A stretch of DNA of 35,332 nucleotides from positions 1-35,332 of the forward strand of contig NW_021831656.1 in assembly GCF_006345805.1 (NCBI RefSeq), read 5' to 3'. Position numbers and translations under genes: made by a program. The stretch comes from Octopus sinensis (Eukaryota). Below are positions 1-11,399 of this stretch, piece by piece; the stretch's first letter is position 1, and each line of letters opens with the position of its first letter. The notes beneath the pieces were generated by a model, which was not told the origin of the DNA, made no database searches, and worked only from the letters and a program-made list of their open reading frames with translations.

Positions 1-86
1 CATTTCTCCTTTTTCTTCTTCCTCCTCCATGTCATCATCATTATCCTCTTCTTCTTTTTCTCCTTCTTCTCCCCTTCTTCTTCATC

Positions 87-129
<43 letters not shown>

Positions 130-310
130 TTTATTTCTTCTCATTCCTTTTATTCCTCATAATCATTTAGACAATCCTCAGTGGTCGTCAACATCATAAT
201 CGTCATTATTATCCCCATCGTTATCATCATCACCACCACCACCACCACCACTACCACCACCACCACATAAAAAAACAATAATGACCACAGCAACATCAGC
301 AACAAAAATG
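1..310. repeat. Compound low-complexity/microsatellite block: (TCT)-like, (TTA)n, (CAC)n, (CAA)-like
   Basis: Visible tandem trinucleotides, e.g. (TTA)n at ~86-128 and (CAC)n at ~228-267. Confidence 0.9.
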
Positions 311-430
311 CTAACGACAGCGATTCATTGATTTTTGAAATTAAATTAAAGCAGAATATTCTGGAAAGCGTGTTAGAATAGTTATTAAATAGCCATCTCT
401 CACTTCAAATTTTGACAATTATATCTCCTC

Positions 431-1090
431 TTCGCCACATCCTCATCCTCGCCGCCATCATAAAAATTATCATCATCGTCAACAGCATCATCGCAATCGT
501 CATTATCTTCATCGTCATCATCATCGTCTTCACCTTCATTATATTCATCATCGTCGTCGTCGTCCTCGTTATTATACTCATCACCATCGCCATCATGAAG
601 ATCATCATAATGATGATGATCTTCGTGGCCATTATCATCATCATCATCATGACCATTGTTATCATAATCATCATCATCACCATCATCATCATCAACGTCG
701 TCATCATCATCATCATCATTATCATCATCATTATCATCATCATCATCAAGATCATCATCATCATCATAATCATCGCCACCGCCACCATCATCGTCATCAT
801 GACCATTATCATAATCATCATCATCTTCATCGTTGTCATCATTATAACCATCATCATCATCATCATCATCTTCGTAGTCGTCGTCATCATCATGATTTTC
901 ACCACCACCACTATCCTCACCCGCGCCATCATCATCATCTTCATAGTCGTTTCTGTCGTCATCATGACTATCGCTACCACCACCACCACCACTATCATCA
1001 TCATCATCATCATTATCATCACCATCATCATCATCACCATCATTATCATCGACATCATCATCCACCGTCATCATCACCGTCATTGTTGTC
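431..1090. repeat. Long degenerate (ATC)n microsatellite
   Basis: ATC/GTC/ACC triplets in register; gives rise to the poly-Asp, poly-Met and poly-Ile ORFs in the track. Confidence 0.92.
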
Positions 1091-1384
1091 GTAGTCCTTG
1101 TCCATATTTCTCTTCTCATCCTCTCTCATTTTCTCTCCCTTTTTTTCTCCGCATCTTTTGTGTGGTAGTCAGATGCTTTTACCCGTTTAAGTTTTTTTTT
1201 TCCTTTGTTTTTTTTTCACATTTCCATATTTTTCATCAATTGTTTTCTTCGTTTTTTATATATTTTTTCTATGCATTTTCTTCTTTTGTTTTCTTTTTGT
1301 TCATGTTTTTATATTTTCATTTTTCTTCATTTTTTGCTGTTTCTTAAAAATTATTCCAGTGTTTTGTGTGCTTTCCTATTTTAA

Positions 1385-1523
1385 ATGACAACAACAACAA
1401 GAACAACAATACAAATAATAACAATATCAACAACAAAAATAATGAGGATCATTATCAACATCAACATCATCATCACCATTCTTTTATCTTCATTATCAAC
1501 ATTTGTTGTTTCAATCATTATTA

Positions 1524-1587
<64 letters not shown>

Positions 1588-1589
1588 CA

Positions 1590-1674
<85 letters not shown>

Positions 1675-1707
1675 CATCATCATTATTATTATTATTATTC
1701 ATCATCA

Positions 1708-1738
<31 letters not shown>

Positions 1739-1830
1739 CATTATTATTATTTTTATTATTGTTATTATTATATTATTATTATCATCATCGTTATTATTAT
1801 TATCATTATTATTATCATTATTATTATTAC

Positions 1831-1863
<33 letters not shown>

Positions 1864-2019
1864 CATTATTATTATTATTATTTATAACTGCCGCTTTTTG
1901 TTTTTCTATCATTTATCGTGATTATTTAATTGCTTGTGTAGTTTTGTGGGGGCATTTTAGTTTTATTTTTGTTTTATATTTTTTCGTCATTTTATTCACT
2001 GTTTTGAAGTATTCCTACT

Positions 2020-2068
<49 letters not shown>
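1385..2068. repeat. (AAC)-like, long (ATT)n/(ATC) and (AAT)n microsatellites
   Basis: (ATT)n at ~1515-1885 and (AAT)n at ~2023-2068. Confidence 0.93.
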
Positions 2069-2262
2069 TCGCCATCAACTTCATTGTTAATTTTTTTATT
2101 GTTGTTGTATTTCGTTTATATTGATGCAATTTTATTCAATTCATTTTTAAATAAATCAAAACGTTGATAGTGAAGTTTGGTGGCAGAGACGAACACTAGA
2201 ACAATTATTTATTTATGGTGATTTTGTTGGTGGCGTTGTCTCCTGAGAAGTATAGCAGTTGT

Positions 2263-2905
2263 AAGAAGAAGACGAAGAAGAAGAAGAAGAAGAAGAAGAA
2301 GAAAGAAGAAAGAAGAAGAGAAGAAGAAGAAGAAGAGAAGAAGAAGAAGAAAAAGAAGGAAAAGAGAAGAAGAAGAAGAAAAAAAGAAGAAAAAGAAGGG
2401 GAGGAGGAGGAGGAGGAGGAGAGGAAGAAGAAGAAGAAGAAGAAGAAGAAGGAGAAGGAAAAGAAGAAGAAGGAGAAGGAAAAGAAGAAGAAAAAGAAGA
2501 AGAAGGAGGAGGAGGAGGAGAAGAAGATGAATAAGAAGAAGAACAACAACAACAACAACAAAAACAACAGCAACAACAACGACGACGACGTCAACAACAA
2601 CAACAACAACAGTAGCAGCAGCAATAACAACAGCAAGAGGTGGAAGAAAACGAGGAAGAACTAAGATAAAGAAGAAGAAGAAGAGGAAGCAGAAGTAGAA
2701 GAAAAAAAAGAAAAAGAAGAAGACGAAGAGAAAGAAGAAGAAGCAGAAGAAGAAATATAGAATTATTTTTATAATTACCGTTGTTGTTGTTATTATTATT
2801 ATTATTGCTGTTGTTGTTGTTGTTGTTGCTGTTGTTATTGTTGTTGTTATTAGTATTATTATTGCTGTTGTTGTTGTTGTTGTTGCTGTTTGTTATGTTG
2901 TATTA

Positions 2906-2960
<55 letters not shown>

Positions 2961-3210
2961 ATTATTATTATTATCAATATCGCTATTCGTATGATGATAA
3001 TGGTGTTGATTATCATCATCATCCTCATTCCATCACTATTATTATTATGCTAATAATATTACTAATAGGATTTAAATTCATAATCATCATCATCATCAAC
3101 ATCCTCATCATCATCATCATTACCATGCCGATGACGACCGTGATGATGATGATTATAATGATGATGATGATTCTAATGGTTATGATGACGATGATGATGT
3201 ATAGCAATCA
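2263..3210. repeat. Compound microsatellite: (GAA)n/(GAG)n, (AAC)n, (TTG)/(TTA)n, (ATC)/(ATG)n
   Basis: Consecutive triplet tracts seen directly. Confidence 0.93.
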
Positions 3211-3403
3211 TAGACAAAATCGCATCATGTGCATCAGAATCAGCAGTAACAGCTGCAACATTATCATCATCAGTATCATCATCGTTGCCATCTACGTAAT
3301 TCTCACGTTGTCATCGTCGTCCATATATTCGCCACCATTATCAACATCATTGTTATTCTCGTCGTCGCCGTCATCATCATTACCAAATTCATTTTTTTTC
3401 CAG

Positions 3404-3505
3404 CTTTACGTTCTGAGTTCAAATGCCACCGACGTCGACTTCGCTTTTTCAGCCTTTTTGGAAAGGATACAGTTGGGTAATAGGATCGGTGTATTCGACC
3501 TCTCA
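3404..3505 (+). mobile_element. SINE family A, degenerate internal fragment
   Basis: ctttacgttctgagttcaaatgccaccgacgtcgacttcgc matches the B-box region of the intact copies at 21480 and 26067. Confidence 0.7.
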
Positions 3506-3510
3506 TCTTC

Positions 3511-4017
3511 ACTGATTGGAAGTGCTTTCATGCACATTGTTTTGTCTTGGTATAAAAGATGGGCTACAGCAAATCTTCTGCTTAGTACCACAGATTTGCT
3601 TGTCAGTTGTTTGACCTTCACCAGTTGAGCATGTCCCTAAGTGGCTGACGATATGTGCATCTCTGATCACGAGCAGAAGTAGCGGGGGAGCATCATAGCC
3701 ATGTGTTGAGAGGGATTGTTTTGGGTTTGAATAATTCACCTTAGGAAACATGGGCGTTCGTTCAACATCCTTAAACAATCCTTATTCGGGGCCCTTTTGA
3801 GCGGGATGAGCTACTCAGCCAGAAGAAAATTCTAACTGGGCTCCAACTGCAAGGTCATGCACTGTTTATCTTGATATGAGATCCCCATGTCACGCACATG
3901 TGGTTGTGATGCATGTGCCTGGTGTACCCTTATAAAACGGGTTGTCATGATGGGTATACTGGGCTTTGTATATTTTACCCCAGTGTCACTTTGATGGCAT
4001 CTACTGCTCTCTCACTC
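3511..4017 (+). mobile_element. Element E, copy 1: non-coding interspersed repeat with an (AAT)n 3' tail, 5'-truncated
   Basis: Aligns along its length with the reverse complement of 12418-12885 and 13482-14053; same 3' end ...ctgctctctcactc(aat)n. Confidence 0.88.
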
Positions 4018-4030
4018 AATAATAATAATG

Positions 4031-4083
<53 letters not shown>
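4018..4083. repeat. (AAT)n tract between element E and the Dong fragment
   Basis: Nearly pure AAT repeat. Confidence 0.97.
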
Positions 4084-4086
<3 letters not shown>

Positions 4087-4577
4087 GGTCACAGAAAATG
4101 AGAAAGCAACCATACTCTGGGATATGCCGATACACACAGATAGAGAAATTAAGGCCAACAGACCAGATATAGTTGTCAGAGATCATGAAGAAAAAAAATG
4201 CTTTCTAATTGATGTATCAAATACCAGCAGATGACAACGTGTCTCTAAAAGAAATGGAGAAACTTTCAAAATACAAAGACCTGGAAATAGAGGTAACCAG
4301 AATGTGGAATCTAAAAACAGAAACAATTCCTATCATAGTAGGTGCACTAGGCAGGATAAAAAAGTATTCAGACAAATACATAACAAAAACACCAGGACTT
4401 ACAAACACATTATAACATACAGAAAATTGCACTACTAGGCACTGCACACATCCTACGCAGAACACTTTCCATACAATAACCATCAGAGCATCACAACAAA
4501 TCACAGCACATACCCAAGGCACACAGAGCTGCGCTCGGTAGTGAAGTGAAAGCATGCTATAAAAAATAAAACTACTG
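4084..4577 (+). mobile_element. R4/Dong-clade non-LTR retrotransposon 3' fragment (restriction-like endonuclease domain plus 3'UTR), frameshifted
   Basis: KVTENEKATILWDMPIHTDREIKANRPDIVV..CFLIDVS/IPADDNV..KLSKYKDLEIEVTRMWNLKTETIPIIVGALG..QKIALLGTAHILRRTLSIQ* (stop 4477-4479); RPD...D..K..KY pattern of REL endonucleases; (AAT)n on both sides. Confidence 0.9.
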
Positions 4578-4591
4578 AATAATAATAATAA

Positions 4592-4632
<41 letters not shown>

Positions 4633-4752
4633 TAATAATAATAATAAGAAGAAGAAGAAGAGAAGAAGAAGAAGAAGAGAAGAAGAAGAAGAAGAAGAAG
4701 AAGAAGAAGAAGAAGAAGAAGAAGAAGAAGAAGAAGAAGAAGAAGAAGAAGA
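4578..4752. repeat. (AAT)n followed by (AAG)n
   Basis: Direct observation. Confidence 0.96.
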
Positions 4753-4936
4753 ATTGTCAAAATTAAATAATAACCACAATTGCGTTAACGAGACTGGAAC
4801 TATTAACAGTGGCAGGCAGCGAGCATTTTATCAAGCTCCGGCAGGTCGCCATCAAGCTATTGATCAGGACCAAAATCACAGTCAAAAATACAAAAGAAAA
4901 AAAATGAAATAGGGAACAGATGTAAACAAAATATTA

Positions 4937-6160
4937 TTAGGTCGTCAATTATGAAATTTGTAGAAAAGGTTTACTAATGTTTTATAAACACAAGGAATAG
5001 TTTTATTCATCAAAGTATGCACCCATTTTGTCAATACACTTTTGCCATTTCAGTGGTAACTTGTCCAGCCTGGGACTGTAAAAGTCTGGCAATCTAGAGT
5101 CAATAAAAACTTGGAAGGCCTGTTTTACAGCATCATTAGAATTAAATTTTTTTCCGATCAAGAAGTTATCTAAATTGTGGAAAAGCTAGTAGTCAGTGGG
5201 GACAAGATCAGTTGAGTATGGTGAATGATGGATAACTTCCAACTCTAACTCTTGCAGTTTCGCCAATGCCATTTTTGCGATGTGTGGTCTGGCGTTGTCT
5301 CGCCATAAAATAGGAGTGGATTTGTTGACTAATCTAGGCTGTTTTTTGGGGGGTTTTTTTGTAAGTTTCTGCATCATTTGGTCCAGTTCGCTGCAGTATA
5401 CTTTGGCCGTGATTGATGAGCTAGGTTTAATGAAATCATAATGGATCACACCTGCGCCAGACCATCAAACACACACCATCAGCTTCTGTTGATGAATTTT
5501 GGACTGTGTTTTGGTGGCTTGTCTATGTCCAACCTTTGTGTTGAACATTTACGGTTATTGTATTGGATCCATTTCTCATCACATGTTACAATTCGATTCA
5601 AAAATGATACATTTTTGTGATGAGAGAGTAGCATAATGCAGGTTTCCAAACGTTGTTGTTTCTGATTTTCCTTGAGTTCATGTGGAACCCACTTATCCAA
5701 CTTTTTCATTTTACCGATTTGAACTAGGTGAGTCAATATTGTTTGCTTGGTAACACAAAACAACAACGATGATTCACTGGAACTTTGAAGTGGATCTGAC
5801 TCGACGGTGGCTTTCAGTTTGCTATTATCCACCTTTGTTTCTGATCGACCGCTATGCTCATTTCTGAGGTCAAAGTTACCAGAACGAAATTTTGCAAACC
5901 AATTTGATACTGTTTACTGTGTAATATCATAAGAATGAAATACTCCCTAATATTCTGAGCTGTCTGTGATGCTGTATTTCCAAGAAAGAACTCATATTTC
6001 AAAACTGTACGAATTTCCGACTTATCTAAACGATTTATAAATACTTTATAAATCGCAAAATAAGATAAATTAAAGAAATAAATGTGTCAACTTTCTCACA
6101 AAAAATAAAGACTGTCAAAATATGATAATGGCGCAAAATGAGCAACTGTCAAAGTAAAAT
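4937..6160 (-). mobile_element. Mariner (DD34D-type) DNA transposon remnant; one TIR-like end, other end not seen (SINE-B sits there)
   Basis: TA|TTAGGTCGTCAATTATGAAATT at 4935-4958 resembles a mariner TIR with TA target; it lies just beyond the stop codon of a transposase pseudogene. Confidence 0.85.
5003..6029 (-). pseudogene. Mariner transposase pseudogene (frameshifts, stops, lost start)
   Basis: DKSEIRTVLKYEF..; KWVPHEL; IVTCDEKW; LWRDNARPH; HSPYSTDLVPTDY; C-terminal LPLKWQKCIDKMGAYFDE*, spread over several frames. Confidence 0.93.
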
Positions 6161-6463
6161 AAGCCTAGTACTTGCTTTATCGGTCCCTTTTGCCGAACCG
6201 CTAAGTTACGGGGACGTAGACACACTAGCATCGGTTGTCAAGCGATGTTGGTGGGGACAAACACAGACACACAAGCACACACACACATATATACATATAC
6301 ATATATACGACGGGCTTCTTTCAGTTTCCATCTATCAAATACACTCACAAGGCTTTGGTCGGCCCGAGGCTATAAAAGAAGACACTTGCCAAAAGTGCCA
6401 CGCAGTGGGACTGAACCCAGAACCATGTGTTTGGTAAGCAAACTACTTACAACACAGCCACTC
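6161..6463 (-). mobile_element. SINE family B (tRNA head, CORE-like box, internal TA/TG tract), 3'-truncated
   Basis: Minus strand reads gagtggctgtgttgtaag..gggttcagtccc (A/B boxes); homologous to 15843-16240 and 23998-24367. Confidence 0.9.
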
Positions 6464-6725
6464 GAAAATGAATCGGTAAAACTAAATCGTGTCAAGATAG
6501 AATATTTGTTGCGTCATCAGTTAAGAAATGGCACAGAATATCCGCAGTTTTGGTTGGTTGCCTACACAGACCAAAAGTTTATGAATCTTCAGCGTGAACG
6601 TAGACAGTATTCTTAGACAAGGTCCCCATTACTGTAAATTAAACGCTCCGTTTCCAGCGTGGTTGTTTGCAGATATATGAATAGCGAACCCTTTAAATGG
6701 AGGTCAACAACGGCGATTGCTAACA

Positions 6726-6828
6726 TTTGCGGGGGGCCGATAAAATAAAGTACCAATTTAGCACTGGGGTCGATATTATCGACATAACCCTCCCCTCAAA
6801 AACTGCGGGTCCTGTACCGAAATTTGAA

Positions 6829-6831
<3 letters not shown>
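6726..6831 (+). mobile_element. SINE family A, 3' half
   Basis: ccgataaaataaagtaccaatttagcactggggtcgatattatcgac...aaatttgaaacc, the same tail as at 13329 and 18610. Confidence 0.8.
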
Positions 6832-6904
<73 letters not shown>

Positions 6905-6905
6905 A

Positions 6906-6937
<32 letters not shown>

Positions 6938-6947
6938 GTAGTAGTAA

Positions 6948-6983
<36 letters not shown>

Positions 6984-6992
6984 CCGCAGCAA

Positions 6993-7049
<57 letters not shown>

Positions 7050-7310
7050 CAGCAGCAGCAGCAACAGCAGTCGTAGTAGTAGTAGTAGTAGTAGCAGCAG
7101 CAGCAGCACTAGTAGCAGTAGTAGTAGTAGCAGCAGCAGCAGCAGCAGTAGTAATGGTAGTAGTAGTAGTAGTAGTAGTACCAACAGCAGTAGTAGTTGT
7201 AGTGGTATCGGTAGTAGCGTTATCGTTGTCATATTGTTGCGTGTACTACGGCAGTAGCACTGCTGCTGCGGCTGCTACTGTTACTGTTACTGCTGCAGCT
7301 GCAGCTGGCC
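6831..7310. repeat. Alternating (AGC)n/(AGT)n compound microsatellite
   Basis: Direct observation; begins exactly at the SINE-A 3' end. Confidence 0.95.
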
Positions 7311-7666
7311 GCAGCGATGGCGGCAGTGGTGGCGGCGACGGCTTTCGGATATTAACTACGACGGTCGAGTTCATTGTTAAATATCAACGTTTTTGACAAA
7401 AATTTTCATATTTCTTTTTTTAATAATATTTTTGAGAATATTACTATTGTTGGTGTTGTTGTTGTTGTTGCTTTTGTTAATATTGTTGTTGTTACAGAAT
7501 GAAGATGAATTTAGATGACGTGACATTGTCCAGTAATGTCTTCTTAAACAAAATATATTTGACACTTCATATTAACTCTTAGAGATTTTCTTTTTATTGA
7601 TTTATGTCATACATTTCTGTCTTTCCCTTGGCATATATATAAACGCACTTACAAATCACCTTCACA

Positions 7667-7870
7667 AAACACACACACACACGCACACACTCACACACAC
7701 ACACACACAATACACATACACACACAACACACATACACAAACACAACAAAATACACACACATACACACACGTATATATGTATATATATATATATATATTA
7801 TATTTTTGTGTATTTATTTATATGTGTATGAAAAATTTTAAATCCATAATCATTAGTGCAATATATATGA

Positions 7871-7905
<35 letters not shown>

Positions 7906-8415
7906 GGGGGAGAGTACTGTGCGTGTGTGAGTGTGTGTGCGTGTGTAAGTGTCTGTATGTTTATGTACGTCTATATGTAGGAATACTTGTGTGTGTAGTT
8001 ATACCTGTATATGTCTAGGCATATATATATTATGTGCGTATCTGTATATATATGTATGTATGCGTATGTGTGTGTCTGTATGCATGTATGTATGCGTATG
8101 TGCATGTATGCATATATGTGTGTAGTCATATGTGTGTACTCATATGTGTGTATGCATATGAGTATGTATGCACACGTGTGCATGTATGTGCGTATATATT
8201 TGTATCTATGTAAATGTGTCTGTGAATATGCGCGTGAATATAAGCGTATGCATATTTGATTATATGTACGTACGTGTATATATATGTGGGTGTATATGCG
8301 TGTATATATATGTGCACATATACATATGCGTATGTATGTTAATGTGTATGCATGTATATGTATTTGTATGCGTGTGTATGTAAATGTGTGTGCGTGCGTG
8401 TGTGAGTGTGTATTT
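7667..8415. repeat. Compound (CA)n/(TA)n/(GA)n/(TG,TATG) tract
   Basis: Direct observation. Confidence 0.92.
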
Positions 8416-9308
8416 GCATGTTGAAATACAAATACTCGGCTGTGAACCAGAAAGAAAAGAGAGAATCCTGAGTTATGAAGATAGAATAATATACGTTATT
8501 AGGAGTTGTAGCTTCACCAACGAGGGATACTCCTCTACCTACTCATCAGGCGGAAGGTACCTCAGGTAAATGAAGGTCACATTGTCGTCAAGAGATCTTA
8601 AGCTAACTCGCTGGAGATTTGATCGAAAATAAGTGGAAAGTACAGAGTGAGAGAACAAAAAAGAAAGGCACAAGTAGGATGAAATAATATATGGGATTGG
8701 GCAAATATTTGATGCTGTTAAGAATAAAAATAAAGAAAAAGAGGAGAGAAGAATAGGGAAGAAATTTGGTAAGATTGAAGCTAGCTCGGGGGAAGATCTT
8801 TCTGAATGTAGGCTGGAATAATTTGCTATATCAGCTGTAAATAGATAAATAAATAAATAAATGAATAAATAAATAAGCAAATAAATAAATATATTGTGCA
8901 CCCTGTATATACATTTAAATAGAATGAATGAGAAATTAAGAGGAGGAAATCCAGGAGGAGGAGAAAATTAGAACATTCGGGAGTGGTAGAAAGAGAGGGA
9001 GAAGGGAGGTAATGTCTCTGGTCAACATGAAAACAGTAGTTCTAGGTAAGCTGGATGTTTATCACTTAATAGTAAACCTATACAAACGCATATTAGCGCG
9101 CACTCGCGTATTTTTTCTGTGCGCCTATAGTATCTTGTAGATGGGATCCCTCCTTTGACTACAATGTAACCTGCATTTAATTAAGATATCATCAGCCTGA
9201 TGAGCAACTAAGGCTGTACCTTCATTCACTAATTGCTACTCCCGAGGTTCTGCTAGCTAGGAGACATATATAGCCTGGATTTTACCTACTCCATGCCACT
9301 CCATTCCA

Positions 9309-9360
<52 letters not shown>

Positions 9361-9362
<2 letters not shown>

Positions 9363-9681
9363 ACTTTGATACTTTGATAGGTTTCGGCCATTATGGCCAG
9401 GCCATGTTAACCTAATAGCACACCTGGTAGAAGTCTTTCAAGTCAGAATTTGGGCACTATGGCCCACTCAAGTAGAGAGTTATGTTTACAGAGACATATC
9501 CGGGTGTAGGGGGTTATCCGGGATTTCTTGAAGGAATCTGTCCAAAGACTTCTTGAACCCTATAGGGTCAGTTTCTGTTTTAATGTGTTTTGGTGTAATG
9601 TTAAAGAGAGCGGGGCCAATTGAGGTGAAATAATTGTGCCGTATTGTTGTTATGAGATGAGAGTGCGATTTTTGTTTTGGG
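9361..9681 (-). mobile_element. CR1-group LINE 3' fragment (ORF2 C-terminus, 3'UTR hairpin, 8-bp tail) embedded in (TA)n
   Basis: Minus translation PKQKSHSHLITTIRHNYFTSIGPALFNITPKHIKTETDPIGFKKSLDRFLQEIPDNP, then via frameshifts TPGYVSVN and NSLLEWA; 3'UTR stem ggcca-taa-tggcc; tail (atcaaagt)x2. Confidence 0.75.
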
Positions 9682-9682
9682 C

Positions 9683-9689
9683 TATATAA

Positions 9690-9721
<32 letters not shown>

Positions 9722-9972
9722 ATAATAATAATAATAATAATAAAATAATAATAATAATATATAATAATAATAATAATTTGAGGGAATCCTAACTTACAGG
9801 GAAAAATTCAATTTAGAAATACTAAATCAAATTTCACAAAATATAATATATATATATATATATAAATTGGAAAAAGAACATCTTTTATCAATTCAAAATG
9901 AACACTTTTCAATTGATAAAAGGTGGGTCTTTTTCTAATATATATATATATATATACATATATATACATAAT
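9683..9972. repeat. (TA)n/(AAT)n tracts with short inserted segments, including a palindrome at 9867-9938
   Basis: Direct observation. Confidence 0.85.
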
Positions 9973-10205
9973 AAAAGTTAAAATGAGGGTGAAAAATTGG
10001 ATTTTAATTTGATATCTAGCATATTAAAATATTTAAGGTTCAGTAAATTGTATTTCATACATATGAGAGGGATGACCACTATGTGGACAAGCCTTATGCT
10101 AGAAGTAGATCCGCTATGGTCTTACCACGAAGAAATGTTCCCAAGAAAATTTAGTAAACACCAGAACGTAAGCGGGCAACCATAACTTGGAATATATATA
10201 TATAT

Positions 10206-10347
10206 GACGAGCTTCTTTCAGTTTTCGCCTACCAAATCCATAATAAGGCTTTCCTAGGCCCGAGGCTATAAGTAGAAGGCACTCGTGCAAGGCTGAACTC
10301 AGAACCATGTGTTCGGGAAACAAGTTTCGTACCACACAGCCACGCCT
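10206..10347 (-). mobile_element. SINE family B, 5' half with internal deletion
   Basis: cttctttcagttttcgcctaccaaatcc...ggcccgaggctata...gaaccatgtg...ccacacagccacgcct. Confidence 0.8.
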
Positions 10348-10872
10348 CACTTTCTCACGCGCTTTTCTCTCTAGAAAAAGTTATCTACATTCAGACCAAG
10401 AGAGAGAGGCAGACAGAGACACAGACAGACAGAGCTGACTCCCGCCTTTGTTCAAAATGTCTAAGACACGCTGTATGTTCAGACGATGACCTTACGATTT
10501 CATCAGACGTAACCATCATCACTTCTGCATATATTCTGATAAGTACGTACTGCATCGATTGGAACACGTGTGCTATCTTTTCATTGCACTTAAAGTCAAC
10601 ATAATACAAATCACGATTATATTGGAGCCGATGTAACTGACAATATTGTCTTTTTAAGCGAGTCGATACAAATTGATTTCTGGGCAACGTGTGAGAGAGA
10701 ATAGGAAAACAAAGTGAGAGGAAGCTGTAGAGGAATGTACAGTAACGTACTAAATCCATAATTCCTCCTTATTTTTATAATTCTTTATTGAAAAAGGAAA
10801 TAACTCGATTTTATCAGTAAAAAATTACCTTCCTTTGAAACTCCACCATTCTCTTTCCCTCCTTCTCTCTCG

Positions 10873-10926
<54 letters not shown>

Positions 10927-11194
10927 CATTCACACACATACTTTTCTTTCCTTCTCTCTCTCTCCCTCTCAATTTTCTCTCTGTAACAAACAGATGTATT
11001 CGGTCAACGCTCGGGAAGTGAGAACGTCTTTTACATTTTGAGTCTAAGCTCTTCAACAGAAAGAAATACAGAAATAAACAGGGAGAGAAAATACAAAGGG
11101 TCTAGTGGCTAGCGATCAATCGTGGCGAATGCCGGACAGAGGTGGTCAGTCAGGATAGCTAGGAAGAAGGGGATATAACATATATATATATATA

Positions 11195-11241
<47 letters not shown>

Positions 11242-11399
11242 ATGTATGTGTGCGTGTGTGATTGTATACACATGAATACATACATGCATAGATACACATA
11301 AATATATATATGTGTGTGTGTGAATGTATGTATGTATGTATGTATGTATGTATGTATATGTATGTAGAACAAATATTGAGGGATTATCAATTCGGGCTA

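Noticed and set aside
400-1347. 239-aa poly-Asp, 218-aa poly-Met and 311-aa poly-Ile ORFs
   Set aside because: They overlap on both strands of one degenerate (ATC)n tract that is stop-free in those frames by composition; no unique domain or splice evidence
2205-2664. Lys/Glu-rich ORF
   Set aside because: Read-through of (GAA)n/(GAG)n/(AAC)n microsatellites
6720-7396. Poly-Ser, poly-Ala/Val and poly-Leu ORFs
   Set aside because: SINE tail plus (AGC)/(AGT)n repeat; not a gene
9378-9402. Hammerhead-like ggccataatggcc-gaaac on the minus strand
   Set aside because: No CTGANGA upstream; better explained as the 3'UTR stem-loop of the CR1-type LINE
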